A stretch of DNA of 60,885 nucleotides, taken from a virus (taxonomy: Duplodnaviria; Caudoviricetes). The DNA lies in the IMG/VR virus record IMGVR_UViG_3300048591_000686, positions 1 to 60,885 of that record; one strand, given 5' to 3'. The notes under the pieces were generated by a model, which saw nothing but the letters and a program-made list of their open reading frames with translations, had not been told where the DNA came from and did no database searches. Below, in pieces: positions 56,958 to 60,885 of the stretch (position 1 is the stretch's first letter; every line of letters starts with the position of its first letter). The position numbers and the translations under genes were made by a program.

Positions 56958-57303
56958 TCATCCTATCGTAACAATCGGGGCAGCTTGTGCCCTGACTGGC
57001 ACTCATTACCAATGTGCGCTCTACACTGTGCCCGCAACTACAGCGCACCAATTGAGGCGGGGGCTGCGAGGCGCGCTTGCGACGAATGTAGCCAACGCCA
57101 TGATCGTAGTAGTAGTTGGGCGAGTCGCACCAAGCGACCTTTACCCCGTTCTGCAACATCTCGACAACCCGCGCCTCGGTGACGTTATTGCGCCGCGCCG
57201 CCGCTGCGATTGCGGCGTTCAGTGTTTCAACTGCGGCGGGCTTGTAGCTGATTCCGAAACTGCCGACATACCCATCAGTGATTTCATATTCGCTGGCGTT
57301 CAT
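56950..57303 (-). CDS. Protein with C-terminal Zn finger
   Basis: CSCGH...CPDCY. Confidence 0.7.
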   Translation of the reverse strand: MNASEYEITDGYVGSFGISYKPAAVETLNAAIAAAARRNNVTEARVVEMLQNGVKVAWCDSPNYYYDHGVGYIRRKRASQPPPQLVRCSCGHSVERTLVMSASQGTSCPDCYDRMSE

Positions 57304-57306
57304 CTG

Positions 57307-57627
57307 TTATTTCCCCCATCGGCTGCGGTGGCCTGCGTTGCGGCGGTTCAAATATGCGTTGACCTGCTGAATTGCGGCGTCTACGTTGTCAAACCCGATC
57401 TTGCCCATCTGCCCGCTGAACGCTGCGCCGGTCATGCGCTGGAGTTCTGCCAGAATCGCATAGTCGCGGGCGTAGCGGTTGACCAGTTCGGGGGCGGGAG
57501 ATGCGTGCCCCATGCGCTGCAAGGTCGCGACTGCGGCGGCGGTGTCGGGTTGGGCAGCGGCAATTGCATCATTTACCAACTGCGCTATGTCGTGTTTCTC
57601 GCCTCGGATTGTTCGCTTGGTGGTCAT
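57307..57627 (-). CDS. Hypothetical protein
   Basis: AAAGGGG SD, downstream of a promoter. Confidence 0.7.
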   Translation of the reverse strand: MTTKRTIRGEKHDIAQLVNDAIAAAQPDTAAAVATLQRMGHASPAPELVNRYARDYAILAELQRMTGAAFSGQMGKIGFDNVDAAIQQVNAYLNRRNAGHRSRWGK

Positions 57628-57675
57628 TGTTCGTCCCCTTTGCTAATGATTCGTGATTGCCTGTCTATGTTTCTG

Positions 57676-57704
57676 ATTTTAGCACAATTCAGAATAAGTT
57701 GCAA
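57676..57704 (-). promoter_or_regulatory. Sigma70 promoter with flanking TTCTGA/TCAGAA inverted repeat
   Basis: TTGCAA-17 nt-TAAAAT, TG-extended. Confidence 0.7.
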
Positions 57705-57712
57705 TAGGGCTA

Positions 57713-57802
57713 ACCTTAAATTTTCGCGCCGTTCTGCGGCAACAAAAACGCCCCGGCTGCGGCGGCCGGGGCGGGGTGGGGGGTGGGGCGGGGTGGGGGC
57801 TA
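57713..57802 (-). repeat. Terminator-containing intergenic cassette, copy 2
   Basis: Near-identical to 56419-56504. Confidence 0.85.
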
Positions 57803-58090
57803 GATCAACCCTTGCGCTTCCAGTCGCTGCCGAAACCATTGCGAGTACGTAGTCCCCGGCGCTGGTTTGGGTAGCTGCGCATCCATCATCGACACCAGCA
57901 TGTCGAGCTGGCTGTACGCTAGTTCAAGTTCGTTGATGCGCGCCTCTGCCGTTTCGGCGCGCTGGCGCATCCGCTCGTACTCGTCAGCCTCGACGGGGGC
58001 CTCCGTGCTGGTGTAGTTAAACTGCGCATTGTGCGGTGGCGGGTCTTCCGTGTTTGCTGCCAGCGCGTACCAAGTTATGGGTATTCCCAT
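57800..58090 (-). CDS. Hypothetical protein
   Basis: AAAGGA SD; coiled coil. Confidence 0.65.
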   Translation of the reverse strand: MGIPITWYALAANTEDPPPHNAQFNYTSTEAPVEADEYERMRQRAETAEARINELELAYSQLDMLVSMMDAQLPKPAPGTTYSQWFRQRLEAQGLI

Positions 58091-58148
58091 GATCGCAATT
58101 CCTTTCGAGTGAGTATGCCGTTTATGCGCGGAGGTGTTTTCTTTCGTA

Positions 58149-58361
58149 CTAAGAGACACTCAGACCTGCGTGAGTCATGGAGACAACAACAGTTTGGCCA
58201 AAGATCTCTGATGACAATTCGATGTAATTGATAGGGGTATCGGAAGGCAGTTCATTGTCGCGCAGGAACTGATTCACAATGTCACTCAATGCCTGCCAGG
58301 TTAACTCACCGACAACTTGGTATTCATCAGCAATGCCGTTCCGCCTTTGGTCTGTGTCCAT
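58149..58361 (-). CDS. Hypothetical protein
   Basis: AGGAGG SD before ATG 58361. Confidence 0.6.
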   Translation of the reverse strand: MDTDQRRNGIADEYQVVGELTWQALSDIVNQFLRDNELPSDTPINYIELSSEIFGQTVVVSMTHAGLSVS

Positions 58362-58477
58362 TACACTATCCTCCTGCTGTGATATACTGCATCTATGAAT
58401 CCGAATACCGGCCATCCGGCGCAGTAGGATTCACCCGGCCCCGGCTAGTCCGGGGCTTTGCTTTACAGCCTCTCCAT

Positions 58478-58849
58478 TTACGTGACTGCGCCAAGTTGCC
58501 GCCTCATGTGTTCGAGCGTAGCAAAAATTTCTTTGTCGCTCTCGGTCGGCTCGATAGGTCGGCAGTAGATGCACGTCCGCCAATCTACGCCCGTCATATC
58601 GTGAAGGTACCCGTAGGGAGTAGAGCCGCCGTCCCACCCCCAGGACTCACCATCTACAAATGGTTCCTTCTCGAAGTAGTGCCCGGCCCCGTTAGCATCG
58701 ATAGCGTACCAGTTATCGATTTGTAGATTTACGAACGAGAATAGCTGCTCAACCGTTAATACAACTTGTGGATGCGGGTAAATCTTACTCGATGGTGGAA
58801 TGGTCTTGTTTGTCATCTCCATATCTCCGCGTGTAACTGTTATTCTCAT
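58478..58849 (-). CDS. Hypothetical protein
   Basis: WYAIDANG..YFEKEP..W..DWR pattern common in phage small proteins. Confidence 0.6.
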   Translation of the reverse strand: MRITVTRGDMEMTNKTIPPSSKIYPHPQVVLTVEQLFSFVNLQIDNWYAIDANGAGHYFEKEPFVDGESWGWDGGSTPYGYLHDMTGVDWRTCIYCRPIEPTESDKEIFATLEHMRRQLGAVT

Positions 58850-58977
58850 TCGGGGGAGGACGGTCCTCCCCCGCTTTCCCTACCGCCGCACCTGCCCATC
58901 CACCAGCGCGAGCATGACGATTAGCACCACCAGCATGGCGATCTGTTTGTGGTCCTGGGTGGCGTAAATGGTGCGTT

Positions 58978-59658
58978 TCATAGGTCGCCTTCCCACTCCT
59001 GCGTCTCGCCTGTGATCCGAAACACGCGCCTGGTTTCTTGTTCCTCGCCATCCCGCGGCATTGCCAGCACAATTATAGGTGGCTGATAGTAGGGCGGTGG
59101 GCCTGACGGCACGTTAATTGTCTGCGGCTCTCGCCGGGCCAGTTTCGTGGATACCGCGACCGGCAGCAGACCACGCTCGTCCAGCCACGCAGCGGCGGTG
59201 GCCTCCGGTATCCACTGGCGGCGGCTGTAGTCGGCAATGCCGCGCACGCCGTTGCGGGTCTCGATGCGGGCGGTGGCATTGTCGCCCAGCACCTGTGTTA
59301 TATAGAGTCGCAGCACGTCGCACGTTAGCTCGTGGCGGCGCGTCGTGTGCGTCTCGGTGGACGCGTGGCGCTTGCTGCGTTCCTCCTGCCAGCGCACCAC
59401 GGCCCACCCGCCGATCCCCACCACGGCCACGGCGCTGAGGCCGCCCATGCCCCACATGCCCCAGGTGCGGGCAGTCTCGCCCCACTGCGCCGCCTGCACG
59501 CGCTGCGTCTCCTGGCGCGCCTGCTCTATCGCGGTTTTGGCCTGCGTGTACGCCCTGTACTGGGCGGTCATCTCGGGCGACGTGATGGCGTTGGCAAATA
59601 TGGCATAGATCGCCACACCAAACAGGGTAACAAAGGCCATGTATGTCGCGCTTCTCAC
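58978..59658 (-). CDS. Two-TM membrane protein
   Basis: GTG 59658; two hydrophobic segments separated by a helical region. Confidence 0.7.
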   Translation of the reverse strand: MRSATYMAFVTLFGVAIYAIFANAITSPEMTAQYRAYTQAKTAIEQARQETQRVQAAQWGETARTWGMWGMGGLSAVAVVGIGGWAVVRWQEERSKRHASTETHTTRRHELTCDVLRLYITQVLGDNATARIETRNGVRGIADYSRRQWIPEATAAAWLDERGLLPVAVSTKLARREPQTINVPSGPPPYYQPPIIVLAMPRDGEEQETRRVFRITGETQEWEGDL

Positions 59659-60278
59659 TTGCCTCTCCCCTTTCCCTGTACCCAAATGACAAAGGCCATC
59701 AGGGCCACACTCACGAGGACGATGCCGCCCGCGGTGACGGCGGTTTTGATGCCCTCCACCGTGTCGTCAACGCGCTGCCGCGCCGCGTCCCACGGCATTT
59801 CGGCGCCCTCGAACGACGGCCACTGCCAGCCCGTCGCCTCTACGACCGGCTCCCCAGGAGCGGACTTGGCGGCCGGCGCTTTCGGCGCATCCTCCCACGG
59901 CAGCCGCACCGCGTCGATACGGTCCCACAATGACGGCTCGCCGGCCTGCGTGGTCTGCGTCGGCTTGCCGGTCTGTGGGACGGTGACGAACAGATAGCCG
60001 ATGCTCACCACGATCACCCCCAGCATCAGCCAGGAGATAAGCCCCCGCATGTTGATGGCGGGGGGCCACGATGCGCTGCGCGGGCGGGGCCGCGGCTGCG
60101 CGGGCGGGGCGCTGCGCCAGTCGGGCGCGGGGGCCGCGTCGCCGGGCAGATTCAACACGATCACTGTGATGTTGGGCTGCGTCGGGTGCGGTCCGTAGCC
60201 TGCCACCGGCACGCCGAGGCGCGCATAGTTGCGCAGTGCCCAGTCTGTCTGCCAGCTCTCTACCTCTTCGGTTCTCAA
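59655..60278 (-). CDS. Two-TM membrane protein
   Basis: TTG start after GGAGG; GLISWLMLGVIVVSIGYLFV and GGIVLVSVALMAFVIW. Confidence 0.7.
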   Translation of the reverse strand: MRTEEVESWQTDWALRNYARLGVPVAGYGPHPTQPNITVIVLNLPGDAAPAPDWRSAPPAQPRPRPRSASWPPAINMRGLISWLMLGVIVVSIGYLFVTVPQTGKPTQTTQAGEPSLWDRIDAVRLPWEDAPKAPAAKSAPGEPVVEATGWQWPSFEGAEMPWDAARQRVDDTVEGIKTAVTAGGIVLVSVALMAFVIWVQGKGRGK

Positions 60279-60823
60279 AATGCCACCTCCATTGCTTCGA
60301 TATTGCGCACAGTTGGCGAGGGCGACGCGTAGCCCATGCCCGCCGGCCGCCGCGTGCGCGGGGGTGCGACCTCCGTCCAGCCGTCCAGGGTGCCGCGCAT
60401 GTCGGCGCGCTCCGTGTCGGCGCGCAGCGGGCCGATCACCGGGCCGGGATTTTGCAGCGCGTGCCATGCGATGTAGGCGAGCGCCAGCCCGCCCGCGAGG
60501 ATGCCGATCCACCACAGCAGATTCGACGCGCCGAGCAGCAGCGCGGCGAGAAAACAGACGGTGGACGCGGCGAGCAGGGCGGTGGATGCCAGCATGTCCC
60601 GCATCAACCACGCCGGCGCAGTGGCGCGGTTGATGCGCCGCACGGCTGCAAACCACAGTGCCCATCCCACTACCTGCTCTATGCCTGCAATGATTGTTGC
60701 GTCGATGTTGGCCTCCCGTTTTCCCTCTACTGCCCTGCCCCGAAATGCGCCTGACTTGCCCTCTACCTCTGGACTTGCCCACTTGCCGGACAAGGGGCAA
60801 GTGTTTTTAATCATCATCTTCAT
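60275..60823 (-). CDS. Three-TM membrane protein (start uncertain)
   Basis: Three hydrophobic segments; TTGA overlap with the next gene. Confidence 0.65.
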   Translation of the reverse strand: MKMMIKNTCPLSGKWASPEVEGKSGAFRGRAVEGKREANIDATIIAGIEQVVGWALWFAAVRRINRATAPAWLMRDMLASTALLAASTVCFLAALLLGASNLLWWIGILAGGLALAYIAWHALQNPGPVIGPLRADTERADMRGTLDGWTEVAPPRTRRPAGMGYASPSPTVRNIEAMEVAF

Positions 60824-60885
60824 TCGACATAACCATCTGACGGCGGGGCATATCCGGTTCCGCCGCCGCCGCCGCGCAGTATTTG

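Larger units (their letters stand above)
1..60885. mobile_element. Temperate tailed phage genome (siphovirus-like), near complete, probably unintegrated form; likely Chloroflexota host
   Basis: Has integrase, repressor, primase, terminase, portal, capsid, tail tube and tape measure genes. No host housekeeping genes. The integrase is internal and flanked by phage genes on both sides. Confidence 0.93.

Noticed and set aside
1-60885. tRNA/rRNA genes and tail sheath
   Set aside because: No cloverleaf/T-loop or rRNA signatures seen by eye; no sheath-sized gene before the tube genes.

Overview
The window is an essentially complete, GC-rich temperate tailed-phage genome of about 61 kb (siphovirus-type, no tail sheath seen) with no host genes. 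The host is probably Chloroflexota, inferred mainly from a 'VYLPYV.R' C-terminal motif on a secreted protein. Layout: (1) leftward early arm, 1-10240: membrane proteins, Zn-finger and endonuclease genes, an iteron-rich origin and a Prim-Pol primase-helicase. (2) Immunity and integration, 10241-12800: RHH Cro-like gene, XRE repressor, large serine integrase and a candidate attP. (3) Rightward DNA-metabolism arm, 12966-23651: DinG-family helicase with a LAGLIDADG intein and an SNF2-helicase/DNA-methyltransferase fusion. (4) Late arm, 23727-55562: holin-like gene, TerS, intein-containing TerL, portal, MuF, protease-scaffold-capsid polyprotein, two paralogous tail-tube genes, chaperone, tape measure and tail proteins, a secreted beta-helix enzyme and a membrane-anchored CHAT protease. 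(5) Leftward accessory cassettes, 55664-60885. Most striking: a TerL intein whose HNH endonuclease is overprinted in the +1 frame, and no recognisable endolysin, with a CHAT protease and a Sec-exported glycan enzyme in the late operon instead (possible non-canonical lysis system). Also notable are a dispersed GTAAC-N4-GTTAC palindrome related to the origin iterons and a probable +1 chaperone frameshift. All family calls come from motifs recognised by eye; no database searches were run.
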